In this document: positions 20,390 to 32,015 of the stretch, in pieces
How positions within the stretch are numbered: position 1 is the stretch's first letter
Layout: each line of letters opens with the position of its first letter
NCBI GenBank assembly: GCA_000004985.1
Contig: GG738855.1
From: Naegleria gruberi
Lineage: Eukaryota
Direction: 5' to 3' (one strand)
Length of the DNA stretch: 64,000 nt
Translations under genes and position numbers: made by a program
The notes under the pieces: model-generated
Seen by the model: the letters and a program-made list of their open reading frames with translations, nothing else
Database searches by the model: none
Told to the model about the DNA's origin: nothing

Positions 20390-23155
20390 TTAGTTAAAGA
20401 AGAATGTAATGTCAGAGAATGTTTTTGGAGTTTGTGGAACTTTTTCAATTAGAGCATTTTCGATTGGAGAGTCAATGATGACCTTAAAGTCAGTATTAGT
20501 GAGATGCTTGGCAAAATATTTGAGAGATGGAATGGAGAGTGGAACATATCGTCTATCAGGGCAGTAGAGTACAAAATTAATGGAGGAGGAAGGTGAGGTA
20601 GCATCCTGTTCACTGTTTCCTGGTGCAGTTTGTTCTTCATTGTTGGTTGATGCTGGTGGTTCTTTCAAGTCCTTAAAGTCATCTTTAGAATCTTTGGTTT
20701 CCTTGGTTGGTTTTTGAGATGGTGAATCATTATTATTGGAAAGTGATTGATTTGGTGGAGATGAGAGAATATATCTCAAATTTTGTCTAATATTTGTCAA
20801 GACCTTTTTCATTTCGTCGTCTACACTCGAATTGAAGAACATGATTTTAGCCAAATTGAGGAAATCACCAATCTTGACGAAAATTGAAGGATCTGCTTTG
20901 TGTATCACATCTGAATCAGAAGGAATGTCATAGTACTTTTCCAAGAATGCTTGTTGCTTTGATCTATTTTGCTTGGTTATTTTAATTTCCAAAATCCAAT
21001 TAAGAATTGTCTTTTTGATTTGACTAGCTTTTTCTGATACTCCTTTGTATTCCTTAGTTTGTAAACATGAATCATGACCAGACATGATATCCAAAAATTG
21101 AGAAATGTGGCTTTCCTTTGATCTGACGTTATTGTTGATGAGAACCTGTTGTAACTTTTTTCTAATCTTGTTAATTCTCAAGTAGGAACTGACAATATAG
21201 GCACTGGCAAGCTCTGTAGAACTAATCTTGTTTCCTGAGGCATTAACATTGGCACTGCTCTTGGAAGCATAATCGAAAATTTGTGTCAAGAAGAAGTGAA
21301 TATAGGCAAGTTTGTACTGATGTTCGAATGGAGCTTCTTTCAAGTGCAAAATCAACTTTTCATGAATCTTGTCAAGAATATTTTCCCATATTTGAATCTT
21401 CTTTTCCAAACTGTATTCTTTAGTTCTGATAGGAATATCCAAGTTTGGATTCTTTCTTGGAGTGGTTGGTGATGAACCAGAACCGTTGCCATTGATTACT
21501 ACAAGACCAGCTCCTTGTGAAAGACTAGCTTGACGCATTTCTTCAAAGTTTTTCATGTCTTGTTGTAATTTGGCACGTTGTTTCATTTTGTTAATGGAAT
21601 CAGAGAAAATCTTCTTCATTCCAACAGTTGGAAATTCAGAAATTGATTGTTCTGAAACATCTGAAGTAGTGTCAAAACTCTTTCTGAACATGGAGGTTCC
21701 ACCAGTTGGAGTTTGAGGGGAAGGAGAAAGATAAGAACTCGTTGATGGACTTCCATACAAATTATTTCCAATACCATTTCCCATAGGAAGACCATTTTCA
21801 TAACTTGAAGGAGCAGAAGAGGAAAGTATGTCATTTGAACGACCAGCTGAATCATAGAGGATACTGTTTTGTTGTGAATTTTCGTCACTAACGCTTGAAC
21901 GTAATGAATCCATACTACCCATTCTTAAATGAGAACCAGCAACAGGTGACATGGTTGTGTGCACTCTTAATTCAAGTCTGTCATCATTGACTGGTGAGCT
22001 AGAGTAAGGAGAAGAACCCAAATAGGAATATCTGGTTGATGGTGAGGAGGAAATCATTTGCTTTCCCAATTCATGAATGGTTGGTGAAGAAGACAGCGCA
22101 GGAGAAGAACCAACACCCAAATAAACAGGTGGTGATTGAGAACTTGAACCAGCTCTAGAACGTCCACTTCCAGTAATCAACACGCTTTGACTACTAGGTC
22201 TGGTTTGAATTGCTATAGCAGTTGTAAGTTGTTGGACAGATGAATTCTCATTTTCTTCATCATCTGATGAAGAGGATTCTCTATTTTCCTTTGATTCATT
22301 ATTTGTATTATGAGCGAGTATTGCACTACTGATATCAGAAATATTATTTGAGAGTGCTTGAGTCGAGTGATCGTTAGCATTTGGTTCGGAAGAGGTACTA
22401 TTCATTGATGCATTATTACCACTACCATTGTTATCATTGCTAGAATCTGTCGATCCCTCAATTCTACCACTACTAGCACTATTATCACCAGAAGAAGGAG
22501 AAGTGGAAGAGTTTGCAGTATTAGTATTGACACCTTTCAATGCACCTCCTCCATATTTACCAAATTCCTGTTGCTCTTGATGATATTGTGAAACCTTACC
22601 ATAATAGACAACAGTTGCACTTCTTCTTTTCATCTTATCCAAATTGACAATTGATAAATCCACACCATGATAATGAGAAAGAACAGTTTCAACAACCTTA
22701 TCCAAATAATTATTTCTTTGAGTGACTGGATCTTCTACTGTCAAAATACTCAACAAATTATCCAATGATTTGTTTCCCTTCAATCTAATCATATAAAGTA
22801 ATTGAATGATGGATCTCAAATAGAGAAACTTTAATCTTTTTGTCTTCATGTGATTAAAAATCATATAAGTTAACTTGATGTATTCCATTTCATCACCATC
22901 ATTATAAGATCCATCATCACCATTCATCTTATCTAGTGCATGTTTAACTAACATGGATAAATATTGTGGTTGTGTCTGTAGTAAGTAGAATACAAATCCT
23001 ATATGTTGTAGTAAACGTTCTCGCTTTTCCCTTCTTAGGTTTTTAACAGTATCATCTTGTATTGAATTGGAATTAGAAACTTCCATAATGTTGGAACTTT
23101 CACTCTCCGAGAAACTCTCAAAGAGAGGATAAGAATTACTATTATTTTGTCCCAT
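20390..23155 (-). CDS. IQGAP-related RasGAP-like protein (GAP-related domain plus RasGAP C-terminal region), single exon
   Basis: 921 aa. ..FVFYLLQTQPQYLSMLVKHAL.. matches the IQGAP GRD stretch LFYLLQTNPQYLAKL; ..KFLYLRSIIQLLYMIRL.. follows. Long Ser/Asn-rich low-complexity insert. N-terminal MGQNNS fits an N-myristoylation consensus. Confidence 0.6.
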   Translation of the reverse strand: MGQNNSNSYPLFESFSESESSNIMEVSNSNSIQDDTVKNLRREKRERLLQHIGFVFYLLQTQPQYLSMLVKHALDKMNGDDGSYNDGDEMEYIKLTYMIFNHMKTKRLKFLYLRSIIQLLYMIRLKGNKSLDNLLSILTVEDPVTQRNNYLDKVVETVLSHYHGVDLSIVNLDKMKRRSATVVYYGKVSQYHQEQQEFGKYGGGALKGVNTNTANSSTSPSSGDNSASSGRIEGSTDSSNDNNGSGNNASMNSTSSEPNANDHSTQALSNNISDISSAILAHNTNNESKENRESSSSDDEENENSSVQQLTTAIAIQTRPSSQSVLITGSGRSRAGSSSQSPPVYLGVGSSPALSSSPTIHELGKQMISSSPSTRYSYLGSSPYSSSPVNDDRLELRVHTTMSPVAGSHLRMGSMDSLRSSVSDENSQQNSILYDSAGRSNDILSSSAPSSYENGLPMGNGIGNNLYGSPSTSSYLSPSPQTPTGGTSMFRKSFDTTSDVSEQSISEFPTVGMKKIFSDSINKMKQRAKLQQDMKNFEEMRQASLSQGAGLVVINGNGSGSSPTTPRKNPNLDIPIRTKEYSLEKKIQIWENILDKIHEKLILHLKEAPFEHQYKLAYIHFFLTQIFDYASKSSANVNASGNKISSTELASAYIVSSYLRINKIRKKLQQVLINNNVRSKESHISQFLDIMSGHDSCLQTKEYKGVSEKASQIKKTILNWILEIKITKQNRSKQQAFLEKYYDIPSDSDVIHKADPSIFVKIGDFLNLAKIMFFNSSVDDEMKKVLTNIRQNLRYILSSPPNQSLSNNNDSPSQKPTKETKDSKDDFKDLKEPPASTNNEEQTAPGNSEQDATSPSSSINFVLYCPDRRYVPLSIPSLKYFAKHLTNTDFKVIIDSPIENALIEKVPQTPKTFSDITFFFN

Positions 23156-23525
23156 CGATTATCTATTTTAGTTGAAATTAAAGATTTCTTCTACCAATTA
23201 AATTTCTCTAATTGTTTTTGTATGAAAGTATTGTATTATTACTTTCTAATAAATTAATTTCTTCTTGTTGTAGAACGGAAGGATGATCGTACGGAAAGTT
23301 GTGCTGCTGGCGAGTGAAACCAACTGATGATGGCAAAATTGTTGGTTTTTTTCTAATAGTGAAGTAAAGTAGTTGAAAGGTGACACAAATGAAAATGAGC
23401 CCAACAAAAAGGAACAGAACATTTACAATATTGTGTAGTCAACCAGTACGATTCTTAAAACCATTCATTTATGGAAAAACAAAGTCTTACAAAAGGTTAG
23501 AATCCTTAATTAAATTGAATTAAAT

Positions 23526-25147
23526 TTATTGGTGAGTGATGATATTCAAATCACTCAAAATATATGAACTGTTATCTGTCATTGAATGCCTAAAATGTTT
23601 GCTGACCTCTTCTTTGCTTTCTTCAACTACAATAACAAAGAAAGTAGTGGTCATACTGAGAATATTTCTAATCTCAAGAGAGCCACAAGCTTCCCATAAA
23701 TTGTAAACAGGTTCAACTTCTGAGGGTAACTTTGGTGCAATATCTTGAACAGATGAGCTAGCTTGACCAACATTAATTTTTCTCCATTTGGTTGGGCGAA
23801 CAACAGGGACTGGTTTCAAATCTCTTGGAAGTTCGATAGCCTTTAATTTTGGAATAGCAGCAGAGGGATACAGTGAATAAATATTATTCCATTTCGAAAC
23901 AATAAAGAATTCATCAGTGGAATTAACTATTCTTCTTACATGACTTATTTCTAAATCAATAAAGTTGGACTTCTTTGAAACAAATAATCTTTTGTCCTCA
24001 TCCCTTACCACAAGCATACTGTTGTCTATTGACCTTATTTCACATATTGGAAAAGGTAAATCTAACAAAAAGCATTCTCTTTGTACTGTATCGATATTAT
24101 CTGTACTTTCATTATTAAAGATCAAATTATTAACTCTCAATGTATGAGAGGAATTATCATTCAACAAATCTGTAATTATATTCAATCTTTCTCTGAATGT
24201 TGAGTATACTTTACCAGATTTGGTAACTAGAAAATTGCCAACAAATAATTGTTGTACGGAAACTATTGTTTCATTAGGTATTTCTATTGAGCAAATATAT
24301 GGAGAATCCATCTCATCTGCCTCAATAAAATCAACTTGTACATCATCAAAATCAATCATTCTCTTTCGTAAAAAGTAGGTATCTTTTCCACAAATGTACC
24401 ACTTTCCATTTTGTGTTCCAAACACAGAACTGTGAGAATTGGTTTTAATGGTTGTTATATACTCATTCTTTGCTATGAAATCAACTTGATTCCAATCCTC
24501 AACGAAATCGCATCTATTGAGTAATCCCAATTCATTAAATGTATTGGTACCTCTAAATACTGTGAGTATAAGTCAATTAAATTTTTAACATACCTTGCAT
24601 ATACCTTACCATTCCTCAATTGAATAAAGTACACTCTTCTATTGGTGTCACAACTAAAGTTGATAAACACCACATCTTCTTTCGTCAAATTTCTTGTTCC
24701 ACTTTGTTGATTTGCATAAAATACTGGAATAACTGGCAATGATATCTCAGTTATCTTTGTGGTATACTCACTAATGTTATTGACATTTGAGAATTTACCG
24801 ACATGGTATAAAACAAGAACTTTCGTTTCTTCCTCTTCGAAAAGAACCACCAACTCACCAAACACACTATTGATGTATACTATCTGACTCAAATCCGTCA
24901 ATTTCTTAATACCAAACAATGACCGTTTCTCTTTTAATTCAGGAGCAGTTGTTAGGAATAATTTTGCCTGATTTACATCTTCACAACTTCCAAACTTTGA
25001 TGGATTCATAGGAGTATAAGGAGAGAAGGATAGAAAATGTCTATTTCCACTCCCTTGAAATATTGGGAAATTGGAATGTTCCTTAAGGATTCTATTAGAT
25101 TCTTCCTTAGAGTTACGATCCATTTCGTCAATAATGATTGGCTCCAT
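23526..25147 (-). CDS. Hypothetical beta-propeller protein (possible RCC1-like repeats), two exons
   Basis: ORFs 24473..25171 and 23526..24530 join across a 41-nt intron 24553-24593 (GTATGT..TTTAG), giving ..RNGKVYAR|GTNTFNELGLLNRCDFVEDW... Motifs YARGTNTFNELGLL and VFGTQNGKWYICGKDTY resemble RCC1 blades. True start is probably the ATG for MEPIIIDEMD at 25147, not the TTG given in the ORF track. Confidence 0.4.
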
Positions 25148-25624
25148 TATAATGGAATGATTATTATTCAATGATGATAAGGGATTTTGTATGAAGCTAG
25201 ATAGGCTTTTTTTTGTGTTTCTTTCTTTGAAAACACAATTTATGCTTCAATACATAATAATAACTCTCTTTTGTATTACGGTACTGTTCTCTTTTCCTGA
25301 ATAAATGTCATCAATGTATGATATATTGTGCTCGTCATATACGGATTGCTTCGCTGACAATCATCAAATTAAATAATTAATAAACTCCATCAAAATATTA
25401 TTGAATAAATAAATTTAAATATGAATATGAAGAATTATGAAATAAATTATTCCTTCTCAATTCTTATCCTGTAATCCAAACATTCTTCATCAAAATAATA
25501 AATTAATTGCTTATCACCAAAAACAATATTCTTCTTCATCTTCTTCACCTACAAACTTTCATCATCCGATTTTCAAAAAATAAATAGTGGTGCTATTTTT
25601 ATTTTTAATGCATTAAACAAAAAA

Positions 25625-26708
25625 ATGACTGGAGAAGACCCACAATATGAAGACATCTTGAATAACTTAACGAGCGCCATGACCCCACATAGTCTTGCGA
25701 CTGGAGGTGGAGGTTTTTTAGGAGGATATGGAATGGTTAGTACACCACTTCCTACAAGTGTTTCTACACCTTTACCACCATCGACACCAGTGCCAGGTAC
25801 ACCAATGATGGCACATTCATCCTATTCTTCTCCTTATACACCAATTCCTGTACAAACACCAATGCCGACATCAACACCTCTTCCCTACGGAACACCTTTA
25901 CCTTATGGTATGAATACATCAAGAGAAATGGGACCTCCAACAACATCAACACCAATGCCTAATCAATATGCCTCTACACCTAGTAATCAAGTCCCTGAAT
26001 TGGACAGTGGAGGTATTATTCCAGTTATTCAGTAAGTAATAGTATTAATTTTAATGTGGTGCTAACAAATTTTGTGATGATCAATATGTTATCCTAATTT
26101 ATTGTTATTAGAAATGTTGTTTCTACGGTAAATCTTGCTTGCGAATTGAAATTAAAGATGATTGCTTTGCACGCAAGAAATGCTGAATATAATCCTAAAC
26201 GTTTTGCTGCTGTGATTATGCGTATTCGTGAACCAAAAACTACAGCTCTGATTTTCCAAAGTGGTAAAATGGTTGTGACCGTAAGTAATAATTTATTTCT
26301 AATTTATATAATTGTCACATTATTTAGGGTGCTAAATCTGAGGAAGAATCTAGATTAGCTGCTAGAAAGTATGCTCGTATTATTCAAAAATTGGGTTTTA
26401 ATGCTAAATTTACAGAATTTAAAATTCAAAATATTGTCGGAAGTTGTGATGTTGGATTTCCAGTTCGTCTTGAAGGTTTGAACTGTCAACATCACAGTTA
26501 TGCAAGTTACGAACCTGAAATTTTCCCTGGTCTCATTTACAGAATGGTTGACCCAAAGGTTGTCTTGTTGATCTTCGTTTCAGGAAAGATTGTTCTTACT
26601 GGTGCCAAACATAGAGATACTATTTATCAAGCTTTCCAAAATATTTATCCTGTTTTGAGAGATTTCAAGAAGGAAGATAATGTACAACCAATAGCAGAGG
26701 AACAATAA
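25625..26708 (+). CDS. TBP: TATA-box-binding protein, three exons
   Basis: Exons 25625-26031, 26112-26280, 26328-26708. Introns 80 and 47 nt (GTAAGT..TAG). Spliced core ..[56 protein letters not shown]|[85 protein letters not shown].. is the conserved TBP saddle. The 135-aa N-terminal region is Pro/Ser/Thr-rich. Confidence 0.9.
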
Positions 26709-26771
26709 ATGTTGCTGCTCTGATTGGCGCACAAATCAATACTAACTTGTTGAATATCAATTTAATACTGT

Positions 26772-29099
26772 TTATTCTTCTCTTGAATTGAGTATTACAT
26801 TATCAAAATTGATATCATATTCCATTAGCTTCTTATTATGAAGATAGTTTCTTCGTTTTTTAACAATGATAACCAAAACTATTAAGGAAACAACAAAAGC
26901 CAACACAAATAATCCTACCACAACAAGGACTACCTGTACATTAAATAAGGTTTCTTTCAAACTTGATGTCAACACAATTGGGACCACAGGGATGATATTG
27001 TTCGACTTGACAATCTTTACACTCACTGAGAATGAATACTCACTACTTGGCAAATGATGAAGTTTTGTAAAATTCATGTAAACTGTGCAGTTAGTTTCCA
27101 ATACGAGAGTGAAAGGAGTTAGCTTGGTACTTGTTGTCTCCGTTCCATCCATTCGGTTGACTATTCGGATAGCACTGGCAACTGCCTCCAAATTCTCAAA
27201 ATCAACGACTATCACTGCCGAGTTGATAAATAGTTTACTTTCTAAGGTTTCTCCTTTTTCCAATGAAGGAGAAACACTAATTATTGGATTTTCAATAATA
27301 CCAATAATGAAATCTAGAAAAGCTTAAAGCATATCGTTACAACTTTGAAACTTACATTGTTCTTCAACTTGTGGAGAAACTAATCCACTTTTAGAATCAA
27401 ATGCAACAACCTTCAAATTGTTAAGTCCTTGATTTTTCAACATAATTGTGGCAAAATCTTGAATAATCAATGTCGTATTGTCATGTGTAATAGTTGAATT
27501 ATTATCGCTTTCACTCAATGCCCTTAGTAATACTGTTGTAGTTCCCAACATATTTGGTTTAGTTATGGAAGAGATGCTACTTTCGGTTGTGTAGATGAAT
27601 CCATCACATGAATGATCTTTGGAATAGATTTGAGCACATTTGAGAGAAATTTCTAATGGACCAACATTTGTTGTGGAAGAAACAGATAGAATTGGTTTCG
27701 GAATGTAGTATAATGAGGAATAAACTTGAGAGGACCATTCACTAGTTATATTCTTTTCGTGATCATAGCATGTACATGTTAAATTTAAAGGATGAGTAAT
27801 TGTTTGGTTAAGGGATGAATGCCGTGTTGAGGTATAGTTGACCGAGTTCAGAAAACACTCAACAATTGAGTTTAGGTTTGGGCAAGTTACAGAAATTTGA
27901 GATCCGAATAAATTTCCAATAATAGCATCATTCAAAGGTTCAAAAATTGGTTTCTCCACCACTTGTTTCATTTGATCTTTTTAAAATTGTTAAAATTCTT
28001 TCACTTGACAATCAACTTACAACTTAATTCAATGATAGGACTTGGATAACAAGTTGAGGAAATAGAATAAACCTCAACATTATGTTTCCTTCCATCATTT
28101 ACAATCATAATAGAACCATTCAACAAGATAAAATCTCCGTCATCGATCGAATAAAAAACTTGAACATTTGATGGAGTGAAACTAATAGAAATAGAATCAT
28201 CTGTGTATGTACCACTGGTTTTTGATGGAACAGGAAGAGAACATTGGGGAGGTATTTCATAAATTCTAGAAGCCACTTCACTCTCTAAAACAATACCATT
28301 TGGATAGATTTTTTGAGTTTTGGCTACAACATGTACAAGTAAATTCTCAGAACTTGCCATGATCGTGAATGGTATTTCATAATTATTGTAAGAAACACCA
28401 TCTAGTGAGGATATTTCATGGGTACTGACATGATACATGATTTCCTCAGTTGACCTACATGCATGTGTTTAAGCATGTGTTAAGGTCACACATGTGTCAG
28501 TATTAATATCAATGATGTGGGACAAATGGAAAAGTGATAAAACCAAAAAGATGAGAAAAAAATCTAAATATGAATAACTTACCAAATATCCAGATCACCA
28601 ACCAGTTGTCCAAACATGTTAATGTAAATAGTTAGAGGTATAGCATCCGCAGCTGAATAATGTTCTGGTAAAATAATAGGTGGTTTGGGATTACTAGTTT
28701 AAAAGGAAATTTCTTATTTAAGAAAATAATTTTCGCTTACCTTAATACAATATGATAATTAAGGAATTTGAATGCTTGGACTCCTCCACTAGTACAAGTT
28801 ACATTGAGAGTAAAGTTTGAATAAAAAGGGGATGAATAATTGTATGTTGTACTTTGGTTTTTGTTGTACAAATTAAGAAGTGGTGATTGCTCATTCTCAT
28901 AAAATGTTGAAATGGTTAAATTAGTTTCCACTCCTGTTGAAAATTCAGTACAAGACACCGATGGAGAGATTGGAAAATAATAAATCACATTATCTGGATG
29001 TGATATGAAGATGAGATCTTTAGAGAGTGCAATCCGATTCAAGAGTAACAGAAGCATGAGTACGAGAATGAAGAAGTGAGGTGTTAAAGTTTGCTGCAT
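26772..29099 (-). CDS. Type I transmembrane glycoprotein (signal peptide, N-glycosylation-rich ectodomain, one TM helix, short basic tail), about five exons
   Basis: ATG at 29099 (MQQTLTPHFFILVLMLLLLLNRIALS signal peptide). Exons roughly 28740-29099, 28566-28680, 27997-28450, 27332-27970, 26772-27290, joined via GTAAGT donors. Many NxS/T sites. C-terminal ..VVLVVVGLFVLAFVVSLIVLVIIVKKRRNYLHNKKL.. is a TM helix plus stop-transfer. Family unknown. Confidence 0.5.
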
Positions 29100-29150
29100 T
29101 TTGTTTTGATTGATTAAATAGGAAACTAACATTTATAGAACTTGGTTTGT

Positions 29151-31331
29151 CTACTCTTGAATCAGCCGTAAAAACTTCTTTTTCAATTCTACCTTGTCTA
29201 TCATTGGTTTCTTCTCTGATTGAACTGATTCTTGGTTTGTGTTTTGTTGAGTATGTTGAGAACCAGTGGTGGTTCCTATTTCGGATGCAGTATCACTTGA
29301 CTTTTCAGATAATTGTTGAATTTTCTTTTCTTCTCCTTCTTTTTCTCTGATTTTCCATCTTTCTTTAAAGTACAGAACCTTTTCATGTTCGCGATTGAAG
29401 AGGTTTCTAACAAGTTTTTCTTCATCTGGAAGAGGTCTTATTAAATTCTTAGGCACCTCAACAACAGATAGAGATCCATTCTGAGTACCAACTGCAATAA
29501 ATTGGAATGAGAGTTTTCCTACTCCCGTTCCAGATCTAAACTTGAGCTCTGTAAGAGGTACATTTTGTTGGGAAATTGAAAAGTGGGAAACCATACTACA
29601 ATCATGAGACTTATCCAAGAAGTCCCAAACTTCAATGAAACCATCACTTCGACCCAGTAGCAAAACACCTGGACGAGTAGGACTCCAACTTCCACATGAG
29701 TACGAAACATTGAACTTGAAACAACTAGTCCAAATTGGATCAGGGCAGCCAACTTTCCAAATTTTGCAAGTGGCTTTGCCAATAGTTAGCAAAATATCGT
29801 CAAAGAATGGACTTCTTGAAATTGAATGGGTCAATCCCAAATGGCCATTCGATCTTCCATAAATTCCGTTAGCAATATTCACAGAATTGAATGTTGTTTC
29901 TGCGTTAGCTCCCTCACCTTCAACCGGTGACCAATCTGCTGTGATAAATTCTCCTTCGGTTGTTGTACAGCACAATTGATATGGATTCTTCATGCTTACA
30001 GATAAGGCAAATGTTGGGAGTTCAGAAGTAAGATCCAACTGAAGAATTGGCATGACAGCAAATGGTATCCAAGCATCTTTCATTCTTTCACTCTTCTTGA
30101 CTGATAATCTTTTCTTTTCCTTTCTAATATCCCAAAGTATTATTTGAGAATCCATTCCTAGTGTTAAAAATTGATAACATTCTTCTTCATTGATTGCAGC
30201 CATTGTTCCATTATTTCTAACCTCTTTTCCTTTTGTAATCCATTGTATTCCTGTAACTGCACTCTTGTGACTCATTTCAGTCAATGAAATCTGAGAGTAC
30301 TCAAGAGTTGGTATCTGAGGCTTTTCAATTTCATCGCCCTTCATATCAATTATAATTTTTTCAAATTCCTTTTCTTCCTTTTCAATGTTCCAAATGAGTA
30401 TTTGGCCATTTATCATACCTCCTGCTAAAATATAGGGCATTGCAGGGTTGAATTGAATCGCACTAACATCATTGGGGGCATTAAGGATATAACTTGGATA
30501 GGTTGGATCTTGGAATGACCATATATACACTTGAGAAGATGTGGGTTTACCCAAATCCAATACCCTAGAGCTAAAATCTCTAATATCTATTGTACTTAAT
30601 GCAATAACGGCTCTATTATTTGGTTGCCAATCAAGGGAAGCAATTTTTCTGTATTTTGACATTGCGTGAGGGAATGATTGTATTTCTATGAATTGTGATT
30701 CCGATTTTGTTCCAATGAAAGAATCATCAATAACCAAATCAACAAAATCATCCTTGAAAATATCTATTGTTGTATTTTGATCTAATGCTTCAAAAAGCAA
30801 TTCGGAAACATTTTTCAAGAATTCTTCCACTGCAGGACTATCCATACTTTCCTGAATATCTGTTTGAGAGACTGATTCAGAAATGTTTACCTGAGAAAAA
30901 TGGTTAACCTTTCTGAACCACTCTGTTTGTGCTGTTGATTCAACTAGAGATTCTCCACATTGTACTCCATAATCCCTTTCCAATCGTTGATCTGCTGGTT
31001 GATATCTTGGGTCCTTAACAGGAGGGAAAAACCTGTATGAATCATTAGTATCCTCTTCAATATTTTGTATTTCCCTTCCGAAATGTTTAAATTTTCTAGT
31101 AAATCTCATCTTAGTCAGAGGTCTCAAAAGCTGGACTTTTTCTGCCATTATTTCCGCAGCAGTGTCTCTTTCCTCTTTTTGCTTTCCCGAATAAACTGAT
31201 GTAACTGTTGGTGGACGAGAGCCATTTTCCTCATTCTTTCCTTCGTTCCAATCTTCATTGTTTTCCTCCACTGGTTCAACGTCCATGTCATCATCGACAT
31301 GCATTGGCTCAATTAGATTATTGCTGCTCAT
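29151..31331 (-). CDS. DNAI1: Axonemal dynein intermediate chain (WD40; DNAI1/IC78-like), single exon
   Basis: 726 aa. Acidic N-terminus, then WD repeats (..IALSTIDIRDFSSRVLDLGKPTSSQVYIWSFQDP..GGMINGQILIWNIEKEE..ILWDIRKEKKR..GRSDGFIEVWDF..AVGTQNGSLSVVEVPKNLIRP..) with length and repeat layout matching outer-arm IC78/DNAI1. An inner-arm IC paralogue cannot be excluded. Confidence 0.65.
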   Translation of the reverse strand: MSSNNLIEPMHVDDDMDVEPVEENNEDWNEGKNEENGSRPPTVTSVYSGKQKEERDTAAEIMAEKVQLLRPLTKMRFTRKFKHFGREIQNIEEDTNDSYRFFPPVKDPRYQPADQRLERDYGVQCGESLVESTAQTEWFRKVNHFSQVNISESVSQTDIQESMDSPAVEEFLKNVSELLFEALDQNTTIDIFKDDFVDLVIDDSFIGTKSESQFIEIQSFPHAMSKYRKIASLDWQPNNRAVIALSTIDIRDFSSRVLDLGKPTSSQVYIWSFQDPTYPSYILNAPNDVSAIQFNPAMPYILAGGMINGQILIWNIEKEEKEFEKIIIDMKGDEIEKPQIPTLEYSQISLTEMSHKSAVTGIQWITKGKEVRNNGTMAAINEEECYQFLTLGMDSQIILWDIRKEKKRLSVKKSERMKDAWIPFAVMPILQLDLTSELPTFALSVSMKNPYQLCCTTTEGEFITADWSPVEGEGANAETTFNSVNIANGIYGRSNGHLGLTHSISRSPFFDDILLTIGKATCKIWKVGCPDPIWTSCFKFNVSYSCGSWSPTRPGVLLLGRSDGFIEVWDFLDKSHDCSMVSHFSISQQNVPLTELKFRSGTGVGKLSFQFIAVGTQNGSLSVVEVPKNLIRPLPDEEKLVRNLFNREHEKVLYFKERWKIREKEGEEKKIQQLSEKSSDTASEIGTTTGSQHTQQNTNQESVQSEKKPMIDKVELKKKFLRLIQE

Positions 31332-32015
31332 TTTTTTTAAAGAGTGTCTACAAAGTTGGCGGGAAATATTGTATCATCGAAATTTGATCCATTTTGTATG
31401 ATCAACCAGGCTATTGATTCTGTGTTTCCGAAAGTTTATAAGATGGTGGTCCATTTGTGAAAATTATTGTCAAGGCTAAGTCCAAAATTTTTGAATTACA
31501 CGCTCAGTAATACTAACCCAAAAACCATTGGACTCACAAGCCAACTGCACTACAACACAGTTAAGCACTGACGAAACAATAAAAACAGAAGTACAAAAAC
31601 GAGACAACCAACCAACACAAGAAAAGAACAACACGCAGTCTAAGTGGGTCAAAGGAGGAGATAAATCACAGTTAATGTCCTGTCTAAGCAAACCAAACAA
31701 AATTTTGGAAGATTAGATTGAAGAATTCAATTGATAACCTATTATCAAGTAGTATTAAGAAGCATTTCTTAGGAGGACATATTCACCACTCTCAATAACG
31801 CCAGAGCAAAATTCAAAATGTTGGCTCTCGCTCAGCTTTCTTTTAAGCATTTTTGAGGACAAGAATTTTGTTTTTATCAAGTTTACAATAATATTGAAAA
31901 AGATATTGAAAGTGAAGGAAATCTCATTTGATCAAAATTGATTGAAGACGCACTAACTTTTACTCAACATGTACGAGTTTGTGCGTGCTCACAAACCCCA
32001 ACTAACCAACAAAAA

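Noticed and set aside
31476-31716. Overlapping small ORFs 31476..31700 (minus) and 31528..31716 (plus) in the DNAI1/methyltransferase intergenic region
   Set aside because: Short, A/C-rich low-complexity, mutually overlapping, no recognisable protein; more likely UTR or promoter sequence.
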